DNA from: Nemertoderma westbladi
Taxonomy: Eukaryota > Animalia > Xenacoelomorpha
Assembly (NCBI GenBank): GCA_032718475.1
Contig: JAUCBJ010008528.1
Location: 1-64,000 of the forward strand
Length of the DNA: 64,000 nucleotides
Reading direction: 5' to 3'
The position numbers were made by a program, and so were the translations under genes. Position 1 is the first letter of the stretch. The number at the start of each line of letters is the position of its first letter. Below the pieces are notes generated by a model. The model was given only the letters and a program-made list of their open reading frames with translations. It made no database searches and had not been told where the DNA came from. Below are positions 23,700-37,287 of the stretch, in pieces.

Positions 23700-24818
23700 T
23701 GAAGATGAAGAATTCAATGGCTATGGTATAACTCAGATATTTATTGCCTTTTTCTCTCGTGGTTGGATGGAAGAGTGAGTTGAGAAATGTGGCAAAACAC
23801 GATGGTACAGCAACGTGGACAAGTACTGGGTGGGAGATTGGGTTGTGCGTAATAATAATAATAATCAATAATTATAATAAAAACGCGCAGTATAATGTTA
23901 GTAGCCTTTCAATATGGTGTAGATGCTGTGGGTTAGGTTAGGTTGAGTAACTATGGAAATGCGAGAATGTGTACGTGACGCATAGCAGAATTTCATGTAT
24001 CATACTGGTGTTGGTTGGTTGGTTGGTTTGGTAACAGCAGTCGAGTAGCTCTAGCGGTGGGTAAATCAATGAGTTGGCAATCGATATAATATAATAGCGC
24101 GGCGTGGCGTGGTATATGCGTGGTGTGTGTAGATGGTCACGTCCATGACTGACTCTATCGTTGTCATCATATACAGTATGTGGTAGCGAGGTGAAAAGGG
24201 GAGTAACCGAAGGGCTAGGCAAGCATCGCTGTTGGTTGGTTGGTTGGTAGGTAACAGCAGTCGAGTAGCGATGGGTAGGTGTGGGGGCTAGCCATGCATC
24301 GTGAGGTTAGGCTACGTACTGTACAGTACAATATCATATCATATCAATCATCGAATGAATATTTTGTTATAACTCAGATATTTATCGCCTTTTTCTCTCG
24401 AGGTTGGATGGAAAAGTGAGTGGTGAGTTGTGAGGAGTTATAACAGTCCCGAGTTCGAACCCAGTTGAATATTTTGTTATCTGAAAAATTGTGAAATTAA
24501 ATTTAGTTACTGGTGAAAAATTACGAAATGAAAAATAGTAGACGTTACCTGTAGACACTCGTAGCGCCTGTAAAATAAAGGTTGGTGATTGGATGCAGTA
24601 CTAGCGTTGGGTGACTAATAACGCCTCTAGCGGAAGATGCGGGAACATGAGAAGTTACCATGGTTACGGTTGAAATGCTGGCATCTGATTGGATGAAATA
24701 ATAACGACCACTGGTAAAGGTTGAAATGGTGGCTTCTGATTGGATGCAGTACTAGAAATGGATGGTAATGATGGGCTATGGGTGACCTTGATGCGAGGGA
24801 CTACAAACATATACTACT
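23700..24818. repeat. Putative right terminal (TIR) region of the Polinton with internal repeats and CCAAT boxes
   Basis: Internal direct repeats (about 23728/24369 and 24010/24231); three TGATTGGATG motifs at about 24586, 24686 and 24737; terminal ACTACT. Confidence 0.6.
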
Positions 24819-26844
24819 TCAACCAAAGATTGTAAGTATTTAATTTACCGCTGTGTCATAAACAGGCTGATCGGTAAATTGGATCAATTTAAAAATATAT
24901 ATTTATTCAATCATATTTTTTTGCATTAATCTTATCTGTTTTTTTACAACAATCTTCGAATTAAATTACATGCAGTACCGCTCATGTGATATATTAAATT
25001 CCATATTTTAAAGCTAATAACTCTAACTGTCTAAAGTTCTGTCATATATTCGACTAGAAATAAAATTATTAACTAATAATTAAATTTTAAATAATTACCT
25101 TTAGTGTCTTTGATGGATGGCGGCCCTTTATTATTATGGTCCCGATACGGTTGAAAAGCATCACAAAATTGACCTTTTTTCATTTTTTCAACGACAATTT
25201 TAAAAATATCTGAACTGAAATTGAACTTTATTGGATAATAAACACTATTGAAACGTTCACAATAGCTAACGGAAATATAACAAATTTACAAATCGTTACT
25301 TTTCAGTTTCTGAACTCAAATTGAACTGGTTAATGCGTGGGACGCCATTCAAACGTCCAAGAACATTAACGGGAAATTAACTGACACCATTAATTAACGT
25401 TACTTTTCAGTTGAAACACCAACACCATTTAGGCGTTATTATATGGAGACTAATTTAGAACGTTGAAATCTGGTACAGTATGTGCGACGTTTATGGAGTG
25501 GACAAGTTCTCAACGTCCAAAAGTTGTGTGTGAACGTTATGTGCTACTAGGGTTGTTGACCAGTCAGCTTAGTTCAGTCGTTGTTCACGTGCTACTGGAA
25601 CTCCCAGACTAGTTAACCACACAGCTTAGTTGTTCACGTCTGCTCTATGCCCCAGACTAGTTAACGTCAGGTTTAGATGTGCACGTGCTGCTCGAAGCCC
25701 CAGAATAGATAAAACAACAACATTAACGGATGAGTGAGTTAAACCGATAAGAAATAATTTATTCTGATTCAATAAATTACATTAGTCTTACTCTCTTCAT
25801 GTATTCAATGTTAAAACAGATTTGAATTTACCGCCAAAATATAGATAGCCGATCTGATCTGCCACCCTTTCCAGTACAAATTACATGTCTTTCAATCATT
25901 TGAATTTCCCGCGCTATGGAGCAGGGTGGCACCTTTTAGGGACTTGTCTTAGTACAGTAGTAAATCTTGCCCGCGCCCCTCAGGAAAATTTGCCCCCCAT
26001 CAAAAGACTGGAAACTGGTACGATGATCTTGTTACTTTCAGACTTTGGGGACCGTTGATTCAACCTTTTCTACAGTAATTGTCACTCTACAGCTGCGTAC
26101 CGGCAACCGGTACCGCCGGTACCTATTGCTTGACTGCCGGATTATAGAGTCACACTACAGGACTACTGATATGATCGTTGCTTAGGGAACTAATTTGTTG
26201 TTTGTTAGTAATTTTTCTTAGAAAAGCTGAAAAGCCCGCATCTGTAACTGTAATAACCTGCGTCTTTCCCTCAATCAGTCAATTGTTAAAGTGGTCGTTT
26301 ATTGTTTTGGTTAGAAAAGCCTGCCTCTATCTAAACCTGCTCCTTTTCCCTCAATTTAGTTTATGACGTGTGTTACACTGTTACCGGTACTTATTTATGA
26401 AAAAAAAGGTTAAAAAAAATTAAAGTGTCATAAAATAAGCCGTAGGCCTATATAGTATAATAAAAGTGTTTCATCAGCGACCAAAGTAATGGTTGGAGCT
26501 GGTATGGGATCTCTTTCATAGGCTGTATTCAGTTGTGAATACAATCGCAGGGTCAGACAGTCTTCAATAAAATAGTGTAATTCAGGGGGGGGGGGGCATA
26601 ATTTCCTAAGGGGCGGCATTTTTTCCTAGGAGAATTTGCCCGGGGGGGGCATTTTTTCCTAGGAAAAATACCCCCCCGGGTACATTTTCCGGGTGGCATA
26701 TTTTCCTGTTACGTACTTTCACTTTGAGTAAGACTTTATTTGCATTAGATAATTATAAGTACATTTATATATGCTTTTAATGTAACACAGTACAATATAC
26801 TAGTATAATATCGATAGAACGCGGCCAACGCCACAGTACACATG

Positions 26845-28262
26845 GGATCTAAGTTCGCATCTCCTCTAGCGTCCAGGCGTCTGCTTAGGAATTCGTATAA
26901 ATTGGGATATATAAATTTCTTCGCTTTGCTTTAAACGTGTGATCTAAGTTCGCTTGGCGGCTAGCATGATGATTGAACAAAGGCTTTTAGCAAAAATTGG
27001 GATCTAAATTTACCCAGTAGGATCTAAGTTCACCAAGTTAGGATCTAAAAGTTCACCAAGTTAGGATCTAAGTTCACCGAGTTAGGATCTAAGTTCACCC
27101 AGATAGGATCTAAGTTCACCCAGATAGGATCTATGTTCGCATATAGATATTAGTTCGTTTTATCCACGCACTGACCAAGACCGCACGTCCAATTATATTA
27201 TGGCAGTTATTTTTTTAACCCCTTTTTTGCTCTTTTGACCCCTTTTATTCGAAATTACTCCTATGACCCCTTTTATTGTTCTTTGACCTTTTTTTCCGAC
27301 ATTCGGACTGTACTGATTGAGGGAAAGGAGCAGGTTACAGAGGCGGGTTTTCCTAACCAAAACAATAAACGATGCTTTTATGTTTTTCTAAACAAAACAA
27401 TATTGGCATTTTTGATCTTGATGGTAGAGTAGCGAGTAGGCAGGCTGTAGGCATGGTATATCACAATAGTCATGACGGATGGTCATATAACAGAAATTAA
27501 GGCAGCTGGTTAACGCTGCACAGTCTGACAGTACTGCAGTACAGTAACAGTACCGTAAACTACTCTATACAGCTATATGCTATGCTGCTATGTGCTATGG
27601 TCTCTGAGTCTGATGGTTCCGCGTCATTACCTGAGACTGTAAGACTCAGCATCAGCACTGCACAACCAAATTCCGCACGCCAATACAGCAATAATGAGGC
27701 GTTACCTATCAGCCTATACTATACTGTAATACCGATACCGGTACAACTAAAAACAAGAACAGTAGTCAGGTAGTAGGTACCGGTACCGGTACATTAATAA
27801 AAGGGTTCATTAAAATAATAAAAAGGGGTCATAATGATTAAAAACAAGGCAGAAAGGGGTCATCAAAAATATTTTTCTTATATTATTAGGTCTACTGCAC
27901 TACTGGCCTATTGCAGTATTGTTTGTAGTACAATGTACCGCAATGCTGTACACTGTAATGTAATGTATCTGGTGGTGGGTGTAACACTCGGAAATTAAAA
28001 ATGATTGATTGATTGATAGCACAGGAGCAGAATGGCGAGCATGGAGAACATTACCCTATCAGCCTGCAGCCTGTTAATCTGTTGATCAAGCAAGCCGTCA
28101 AAGTAGGCCTAGAACATAGAATTACCAATTCAGCAATTAGAGAACTAAGCCAGTAAACTGCGATAAAACGAACTTAGATCCTGATCCTGCAAGGCTTGAT
28201 AGCCCTGCAGCCTGAAGGCCTGACTTTGATGAACTTAGATCTTTGCGAACTAAGGTCCTATA
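26845..28262. mobile_element. Foldback/MITE-like element(s) with inverted subterminal arrays
   Basis: GGATCTAAGTTC array (26845-27140) versus GAACTTAGATC (28170-28250); inner ACCCCTTTT versus AAAAGGGGTC arrays; exact ends not resolved. Confidence 0.5.
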
Positions 28263-29251
28263 TTCAGATATTATATGTGTATTTCTATTTCAGTATGTCC
28301 TAGATATCTCTGTACATCTACTGATCTATCTATAGTACTGTACCGGTAGTGTAGTCAGGCCAGACTGGAATCCATACACTTTGCGCCGAATTAATCCGGC
28401 GCACTTTAGAATAAAAGCGCGCCAAATTGGCGCGCGGCGCGCCCGAAAATCAAGAAGTGCGCCGGTAATGGCGCGTGGCGCGCTCTAAAATCAAGAAGCG
28501 CGCCGGTAATGGCGCATGGCGCGCTCTAAAATCAAGAAGCGCGCCGGTATTGGCGCGCGTCGCGCTCTCAAATCAGCAAACGCGCCGAGTTCGGCACGCT
28601 GCGCCCCCGAAAATCAAGACTGGCACCGATTTGTTGAGAAGCATCAAAATTTGCATATATTGCTTAAAAAATTTCGGCTCGCTTCGCTCGCCTTTTTGCC
28701 TTCATTCAGTTTCTTCAACCCTGTTGCTATTCCTTCTGTTCTTCATATTCACAGATTAACTTAAGCTATGCTGCTATGGGCAGATGGGTTACCGGTAGCG
28801 GTAAGGCTATATGAGTACACTGCAGGCACACTGCACTGCACTACTGCTGTCTGCAGTTAGCAGTTAGTACTGCAGTACTGTAGTTGGTGCTGGTGGTAGG
28901 CTTATCAGCTATCTGTCTATAGCACTGTAGCAAGCAGCTGAGCAGGGGTAACACTTTTCTGTAGAGGTATAGCCTCTAGACTCAGGTTTCTCGCTTTACT
29001 TTTACTATTAGGCCTACCGGCACCGGTACCGGTAGCCTACTATTTGCTATTAGTACTGTAGTACGATACCGTACTGCATGCTGAATGCATTCAACTGCTC
29101 AATTCAATTTAAATGAAATGTTTGCAACACGAAATTATTCCCTTTGCAGCTTGGAGCTGATCGATCAGCTGAAGATACCAGTATTCTCCTTCAGCCTTTC
29201 TTGATATTTGGCCAGGAACCTGGGCGCGGCGGGCGGCGCAGTGTGTTACAC

Positions 29252-32200
29252 GGGTCCTACTAATTACCCCAACCTACCCCAACCTACCACAAACTACCAC
29301 AATCTACCACAATCTACCCCAATAATTCGATACAGGCATCTAATTACCACAATATTATTTTACAATGGCATCTAATTACCACAATATACAGAATGCAAGA
29401 GTGTCTAATTACCACAAGGCTATACTGCGTCTAATTACCACAACACTATACTGCGTCTAATTACCACAACACAACACTGCGTCTAATTACCACAATCTAT
29501 TTACCACAAGACTACACTGCATCTAATTACCACAATATTATTTTACAATGGCATCTAATTACCACAATATACAGAATGCAAGAGTGTCTAATTACCACAA
29601 GACTATACTGCGTCTAATTACCACAACAATATACTGCGTCTAATTACCACAACACAACACTGCGTCTAATTACCACAATCTATTTACCACAAGACTACAC
29701 TGCATCTAATTACCACAATATTATTTTACAATGGCATCTAATTACCACAATATACAGAACGCAAGTGTCTAATTACCACAAGACTATACTGCGTCTAATT
29801 ACCACAACACTATACTGTGTCTAATTACCACAACACAACACTGCGTCTAATTACCACAATCTATTTACCACAAGACTACACTGCATCTAATTACCACAAT
29901 ATTATTTTACAATGGCATCTAATTACCACAATATACAGAACGCAAGTGTCTAATTACCACAAGACTATACTGCGTCTAATTACCACAACACTATACTGCG
30001 TCTAATTACCACAACACAACACTGCGTCTAATTACCACAATCGATTTACCACAAGACTACACTGCATCTAATTACCACAATATTATTTTACAATGACACA
30101 AAAAGCTGCATTACTGTAATTATTTTTCGTATAATCGTATAATTGTTTCCCCGTTGTGGCAACTATAACATCTGTTGATATAACTCCGTATTCCACCGTT
30201 TGGGTTCGTTTGGGTACCGTTTGGGTTTTTAGTCCTACCCGTGATTAGACACTTGAGTTCTGTATATTGTGGTAATTAGACGTTAGTGAAGTCTTGCGGT
30301 AATTAGACACTGAATATTAATAACTACCGTACTGTATATTGTGGTAATTAGACACTCTTGCATTCTGTATATTGTGGTAATTAGATGCCATTGTAAAATA
30401 ATATTGTGGTAATTAGATGCAGTGTAGTCTTGTGGTAAATAGATTGTGGTAATTAGACGCAGTGTTGTGTTGTGGTAATTAGTCGCAGTAATGTGGCGCG
30501 CGATTGTGTGGCAGGAATGTCCAATCTTCTGTCACTAGTGACGACGGGGAACCCTCTGCAGTCGTTTGCGCTGAAGGCGTTGATGGCGGCCCCGGCTTTG
30601 TTGCTCCAGAAACCAAGCCGCGCATCAACAACGGCGACACACCGGCGGGTTCTAGAACGCCGGCTGGAAAGTTGGAAACGCGGCGAATTCGGTGAACTCC
30701 TCGTGGAAGCCAGAGCAATTCAGGCGCACCTCCCCAAGCAACGTTTCCGAGCCGATTCTCAGAACGTTGCCGTGCAGAAAGCGTTTGTGCGTCACATGCT
30801 GGTGGGAAACGTGTCTGCGGCGACAAGGAGTCTCAGCGACCTGAACCGGGGGAAACCGCTGAAGTTGGACGATACTTTCGTGGACAAAGACGGAACGACG
30901 AAGATTGTCCGCGATGTTCTGCGGGAGAAACACCCGGCCGCGAAACCCGCCGATGAATCCATTCTCCTCACAGAGTTCGTTGGAGCCCCAGAGTACCACA
31001 GCGTGATATTTGAGCGCCTGAATGGACAGCTCATCTTGTCCAGTCTTCTAAGGATGCGTGGAAACGCTTCGGGACCTTCGGGGTTGGACGTCCAGGGATG
31101 GAAACATCTCCTGACGAGGTTCCGGAATCAATCAACGGAGCTCTGTGACCGAATCGCCGATTTGGGGAAACTCATATCGCAGACTGTTCTTCCTCCAGGA
31201 ATTCTTACACCGTTTCTGTCCGCCCGACTGCTAGCGCTTGATAAGAACCCCGGAGTCCGTCCCATCGGGATAGGCGAGGTTCTCCGCCGGGTGGTCGGCA
31301 AGGCGGCGATGACCTGTATCCGCGGGGATCTACAGGAGGTGGGCGGCTCCGTCCAGATGTGCCTCGGCCAGAAGGCCGGCATCGAGTCCGCCATCCACTC
31401 GCTGAACGACGAGTTCGCCACGGACAATGGCGACGCCGTCCTCCAGATCGACGCCACGAACGCGTTCAACGCGCTGAACCGCGAGGCGGCGCTGCAAAAC
31501 ATCCGGCTGGTCTGCCCCGCGCTTCACACCATCGTAGTGAATTGCTACGACCAGCCGTCGTGTTTGTTCGTGGGGGGCGAGACGATGTTCTCGGAGGAGG
31601 GCTCGACGCAGGGCGACCCGGTGGCGATGCCGATGTTTGGCGTCGGTCTCGTCCCGTTACTCGCCGAGCTTATGCGCGCCTGTACTGTCGTTCAGAAGTG
31701 GTACGCGGACGACGGGAATGCCGTGGGGAAACTCAAGGAACTCCGGAAGTTCTGGGACGTGGTGTCAGTGAGGGGGCCTCTCTACGGGTACTACCCGACT
31801 AAGTGCTGCCTCACCGTCAAGCCGGAGAAGTTGGAGGAGGCGAAGGAGATTTTCGCGGACACCGGCGTTGCCATCGACACGGTGGGGAACAAACTCCTCG
31901 GCGGAGTAATCGGGACCGAGGAGTTCCAGCGCGAGTACACCGAGCGGAAGGTGGAGGAGTTTGCCGCCGACGTGGATCGCCTCGCCACCATCGCCGCAGT
32001 CGACCCGCACTGCGCGTACGCCGGCCTCGCCTTCGGTCTCTCCTGCCGGTGGCGGTTCTTGGCGCGCGTCGTCCCGGGGGCCACGGATTCTTTTGGGAAG
32101 TTGGAGGAGGCCGTGGAACAGTGCCTCTGCCGGATCATTGACCGGCCGGCGGTATCGGCGACGGAACGCGAGTTGCTGTCGCTACCGGTTCGGGATGGGG

Positions 32201-34596
32201 GGCTGGGGATCCCGGTTCCCGAGGATCTACGACCCCAATACGAGAACTCCCGGAGGATCTGCGACCCGTTCATCTCCATGGAGGGCGAGTCAATGGTGGC
32301 GAGTTAGGGAAGAGCAGACGCACGTAGCGAAGTTAGTTGCAGCCTCCTCCTCTGTTGTAGCGAAAGCTAAAAAGGAGGAGGTTTATGACAAATTAAGTAG
32401 TGAAATGCACAATTTGTGCGGACTAACTACTGAGAAAGGTGCGTCTGCCTGGCTAAATACCAAACCCTTAACGTTACACGACACTCACCTGTCCAAGGAA
32501 GAGTTCCGTGACGCAGTTTGTCTCCGGTACGGTTGGTCGCCAAGAAATCTTCCCTCTCGTTGTGTCTGTGGGTCGCGATTTTCTCCTTCCCACGTTCTGT
32601 CGTGTCCCACTGGGGGGTTCCCCTCAATCAGACACAACGAGATCCGCGATTTCGTCGCCGACTCCCTGACTGAGGTGGCCCACAACGTGGCTGTCGAGCC
32701 GATGCTCCAGCCGCTGACGGGGGAGTCCTTCACTCTCCGGTCCACCTCGACGGACCAGCAGGCGAGACTCGACGTGTCGGTAAGCGGATTCTGGGGCAAC
32801 CGCTTCCAGAAGATGTTTATCGACGTGTCGGTGTTCAACCCGCTGGCGGACACCAACGCAGCGATGTCGCTGGACGCCGCCCACCTCCATCACGAGGCGA
32901 GGAAGATCCGGAGATACGAGGAGCGGATCCGTGAGGTTGAGCACTCAACCTTCACCCCCCTCATATTTTCCGCTTTCGGGGGCATGGCGCCGGCTGCGAA
33001 GCAGTTTGTCAAGCGGCTGGCGTTGAGGCTGTCGGAGAAACGACAGGTTCCCTACCCGGAGTCGGTAGCGTGGGTGCGGCGACGCATCAATTTCGCCTTA
33101 CTCCGGTCGTCCCTGATGTGCCTCCGTGGGTTTCGGTCGGCCGCTAGAAGACCGGTGCGGGCAGCGGTGGCGGACGCGTCCATTGTGTGGGCGAACGCGG
33201 ACTCGGACCCCGGGACGGCTTAGATGTTAGAGGTCTGGCGGGTTTGTTGGGTACTGGCAGTGGCAGAGTGGCAGACTGGTGATGGGTACTGAACCAATTT
33301 GTATTGTTTGTATTGTTGCTAGGTAACAGTTTGAATCAGCTGGTGGTGGGTTATATTTGTACTTGTTTTGGTGCGTTTTTATATTCGAATTATTGTTTGT
33401 TAATATTATAATATATGGAGGCTTTTGAGTAAAAAAAAAAAAAAAAAAAAAAATTAGTCGCAGTATATTGTTGTGGTAATTAGACGCAGTATAGTCTTGT
33501 GGTAATTAGACACTCTTGATTTCTGTATATTGTGGTAATTAGATGCCATTGTAAAATAATATTGTGGTAATTAGATGCAGTGTAGTCTTGTGGTAATTAG
33601 ACGCAGTGTTGTGTTGTGGTAATTCGACGCAGTATAGTGTTGTGGTAATTAGACACTTGCGTTCTGTATATTGTGGTAATTAGATGCCATTGTAAAATAA
33701 TATTGTGGTAATTAGATGCAGTGTGCAGTGTAGTCTTGTTCGTAAATAGATTGTGGTAATTAGACGCAGTATAGTCTTGTGGTGAAGACGCAGTATAGTC
33801 TTGTGGTAATTAGACACTTGCGTTCTGTATATTGTGGTAATTAGATGCCATTGTAAAATAATATTGTGGTAATTAGATGCAGTGTGCAGTGTAGTCTTGT
33901 TCGTAAATAGATTGTGGTAATTAGACGCAGTATAGTCTTGTGGTAATTAGACACTTGCGTTCTGTATATTGTGGTAATTAGATGCCATTGTAAAATAATA
34001 TTGTGGTAATTAGATGCAGTGTAGTCTTGTGGTAAATAGACACTTGAGTTCTGTATATTGTGGTAATTAGATGCCATTGTAAAATAATATTGTGGTAATT
34101 AGATGCAGTGTAGTCTTGTGGTAAATAGATTGTGGTAATTAGACGCAGTGTTGTGTTGTGGTAATTAGACGCAGTATATTGTTGTGGTAATTAGACGCAG
34201 TATAGTCTTGTGGTAATTAGACACTCTTGCATTCTGTATATTGTGGTAATTAGATGCCATTGTAAAATAATATTGTGGTAATTAGATGCAGTGTAGTCTT
34301 GTGGTAAATAGATTGTGGTAATTAGACGCAGTGTTGTGTTGTGGTAATTCGACGCAGTATAGTGTTGTGGTAATTAGACACTTGCGTTCTGTATATTGTG
34401 GTAATTAGATGCCATTGTAAAATAATATTGTGGTAATTAGATGCAGTGTAGTCTTGTGGTAAATAGACACTTGAGTTCTGTATATTGTGGTAATTAGATG
34501 CCATTGTAAAATAATATTGTGGTAATTAGATGCCTGTATCGAATTGTTGGGGTAGATTGTGGTAGATTGTGGTAGGTTGGGGTAATTAGTAGGACC
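29252..34596. mobile_element. Foldback element (Mutator/MULE-like) with tandem-repeat arms
   Basis: Termini GGGTCCTACTAATTACCCC / GGGGTAATTAGTAGGACC; 9-bp TSD gtgttacac (29243-29251 and 34597-34605); TAATTACCACAA units in a ~181-bp higher-order repeat, inverted about 30100-30240. Confidence 0.88.
30491..33451 (+). mobile_element. 5'-truncated CRE-clade non-LTR retrotransposon (RT + REL endonuclease), one frameshift near 32290
   Basis: RPIGIGEVLRR, IDATNAFN, QGDP, WYADD, GGLGIP; CVC..HVLSC knuckle, RHNEIRD, RLDV..FIDV..EARKIRRY; poly(A) 33431-33451; TSD aattagtcgcagta at 30477 and 33452. Confidence 0.93.
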
Positions 34597-35263
34597 GTGT
34601 TACACATTTGCTTAGAAAGATTACAGAATTATGGATTGAGTCAGTGCATGATGCCGTTGATGCCGATGCCTTTGAAATTGTATAAGGGTAGGCAGAGAGA
34701 CGAGCAGCGCTCTTATAAATTTCCTTGACGCTCGGCGCGCTTCAAAATTTCTTTGACGAAATTTTGTCGGCACGCGGCGGCGCACATCAAAATTGCATCG
34801 GCGCGCGACGCTCATCAAAATTGAGTCGGCGCAAGGCGCACATTAAGATTGCGTCGGCGCGTGGCGCTCAACAAAATTTCGTCGGCGCGCTATCCGGCGC
34901 ACTTTTTGGATGGATTCCATACAGGTAGTCAGGTAGTACAGTTACAGACAGACAGAGTTAGTACATAATAGTCAGATAGTATAGGCTCTAATTCAGTAGG
35001 CCTACCGTACCGAAATAATTTTCTTATGTCTCGTCTCCTACAGCAACCGCAGTAGGCCTACCGGTATGTACTATACTAGCCTAGCTGACTAGTGATAGTG
35101 ACCGACTTTACTACCAGCAGACCGGTAGAAGAAGTAAGCGCAAGTAACATCAGAACATTACTGCATTCGAACTAATCCCAAAAAGCTACAAAGCGTTTTA
35201 CATATTTACGCAGTGGAAGAACAGAAAAGTAGAAGAGGAGGATAAGGATTGCCAACGGTGAAC

Positions 35264-35908
35264 ATGAAACTAAAGGAGCTCAAATATCTCATGTCGCAAA
35301 TAATAAATTTAACGGAAACTCAGAATTTTATTCCAAAATGCCACCTGGAGCAGTATGATACCCCTACTTTTCTCGCCTGCGACATCCTCAGTAGAATATC
35401 TGATGAATACGGAGACATCGGCGACCAGAACGTAGTCGACTTGGGATGCGGTAGCGGTATCCTGGGAGTAGGCGCCAGCTTACTGGGAGCCAATCATTGC
35501 GTCGGTTTCGATATCGATCCTGAAGCTTTACGGGTTGCCAATGGCAACCGGGATAGATTCTCGGATGGGTTTGGTGCAGTTGAGTTAGTGTTACAGAACG
35601 TCTTCACTATGGATACTCGCAGATGGCAGGATTTTTTCGATTGTGTAATTATGAATCCGCCGTTTGGAACTAGAAATCCCGGGGCCGACTTAGATTTTTT
35701 GGTTAAGGCTTCCCAATTAACTAGCGGTAATATTTATTCGTTGCATAAATCTTCTACTGTTAAGCATTTAGTAAAGCGAGTTTCTTCGTTTGGGTTAAAG
35801 TCAGACGTCGTAGCTAACCTACGCTACGATTTGCCGCAAAATTATAAATTTCATAAACGAAAATCTGTTGATATCGATGTCAGTTTGGTTAGGTTTTACA
35901 AGAATTAA
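35264..35908 (+). CDS. METTL5: 18S rRNA N6-adenosine methyltransferase METTL5, intronless
   Basis: MKLKEL, LEQY.TP, DLGCGSG, FDID, MNPPFGT, YSLHK.ST, LRYDLP..YKFHK.KSVDI.V. Confidence 0.95.
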   Translation: MKLKELKYLMSQIINLTETQNFIPKCHLEQYDTPTFLACDILSRISDEYGDIGDQNVVDLGCGSGILGVGASLLGANHCVGFDIDPEALRVANGNRDRFSDGFGAVELVLQNVFTMDTRRWQDFFDCVIMNPPFGTRNPGADLDFLVKASQLTSGNIYSLHKSSTVKHLVKRVSSFGLKSDVVANLRYDLPQNYKFHKRKSVDIDVSLVRFYKN

Positions 35909-37287
35909 TTGCGACAAAACAGCAAAACTGTTTGTGAAGTTACTAAGAGTGTTACAATTTATATCATACCATACAGCCATATAAGTTTATGGGTATATCA
36001 TTTCATTTTTCGGTATAAATACAGAAATAAAACCAGGCAAATTTAATAAAACCCACTAAATAATTCTTTTAATCTTCTTAACGCAATATTATGTTGCACA
36101 TTGTAAATTTAAATAAGGCGGAATTCCTTAAGGGCAGTTTATTTAATTGTTTAGGTAAATAGGCCTGCCTACATTTTGTTTTCATTTAACACTTTACCAT
36201 AAACACCGTGTTTCTATTATGTCTATGTTTTAAAATATATACAAAACATTATGTATCAACCAATCTATACCTATAAAAATAAAATTCTGTCTCTCTCTCT
36301 GTGTTCGAACTCCTCCAAAACGGGCAGAGGGATTGCGCTGGAACTTGGCAAGTTTAATTCACGTTCGGTACCGGTACTAGGTACCGGTACGTCAGTAGGC
36401 CTATACCGGTACCAGTGCGCCAGTAGGCCTATGCTGGTAGCAGGAAATACCGGGTAACATGCCTCGGGTATTGCCTGCTAGTCTGTTCTATAATTACAAT
36501 TAGTCGATTAAATAAATTTTGTAAATTAAATTAAATAAATAAAATTTGTTGCTAAGATCCAAATCCACTTTAAAATGACATGTCACAATCCTAATCCTAA
36601 GTTACAATTTAAAAAAATTAGCGGAATTTGTAACATTGCCATTTGTGTATATTTCATTTTGATCGCACCAAAATTTTTGTAAAAATCCACTATATTGTTG
36701 TTATGGTGATGTCATGTTGCTAAGGGCATTTGCTTTAATTATGTGCGTTTCCCTCATTCAACTAAATTCTGGAAGACAAACTGCCCTGTTACTATATGTA
36801 TATATATAGTATTAATTCAGTAATATAGAAGTAGTTTGCTTTTAGCTGACATCCGATAGAAATAAGATAAATAAAACGATATGTTAGCCAGTTTTCATTA
36901 ATTATATTATATAAAAATGGTTTAATTATGTTTATTAGATATTACAAATAAATAAATAATTAAATAATAATTACTGTATATATATATATAGTTACTATAA
37001 ATAGATAGCTCCGGTTAAAACTAGTACCGGTATTAGCTAAAAATCTGAAATAGCGAAATGTACATATTATTTTAATATTCACTATGTTTTAGTACGGGTA
37101 GGCATTTTCAATGAATATGTTCCAAATTGTATAATTGTTCCTATATATATTATATTGGTTTCGTTCAACTAATTGCTCTGAATATATTACACAATAAACA
37201 CGATTCGTTAATATTCGATATCGATAAATATATGTTAGTTAAACCTCAACCACAATTTCCTTAACTCTGATCCTCCATATAATTATT

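Larger units (their letters stand above)
10149..24818. mobile_element. Polinton/Maverick (adintovirus-like endogenous virus), left part missing or interrupted, partly pseudogenised
   Basis: AT-rich, intronless, tightly packed genes: integrase, 2x minor capsid, core-like, MCP and protease (+) converging on pPolB (-); right end ...CATATACTACT (reverse complement AGTAGT, the typical Polinton terminus) at 24813-24818. Confidence 0.93.
28360..34924. mobile_element. Outer non-autonomous DNA transposon with GCGC-rich subterminal repeats
   Basis: TGGAATCCA (28366) / TGGATTCCA (34911) inverted near-termini; flanking gtagtcagg at 28351 and 34925; GGCGCGC-rich arrays at both ends. Confidence 0.55.

Noticed and set aside
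10149-24818. Intact, active Polinton
   Set aside because: Nonsense codons in integrase, MCP and PolB plus several frameshifts; no ATPase or left TIR in the window
30472-30490. GTG start of the 611-aa RT ORF
   Set aside because: Lies in the flanking repeat/TSD; the element is 5'-truncated at 30491
30479-32944. Many overlapping and antisense ORFs in the CRE element
   Set aside because: Shadow ORFs of GC-rich coding sequence
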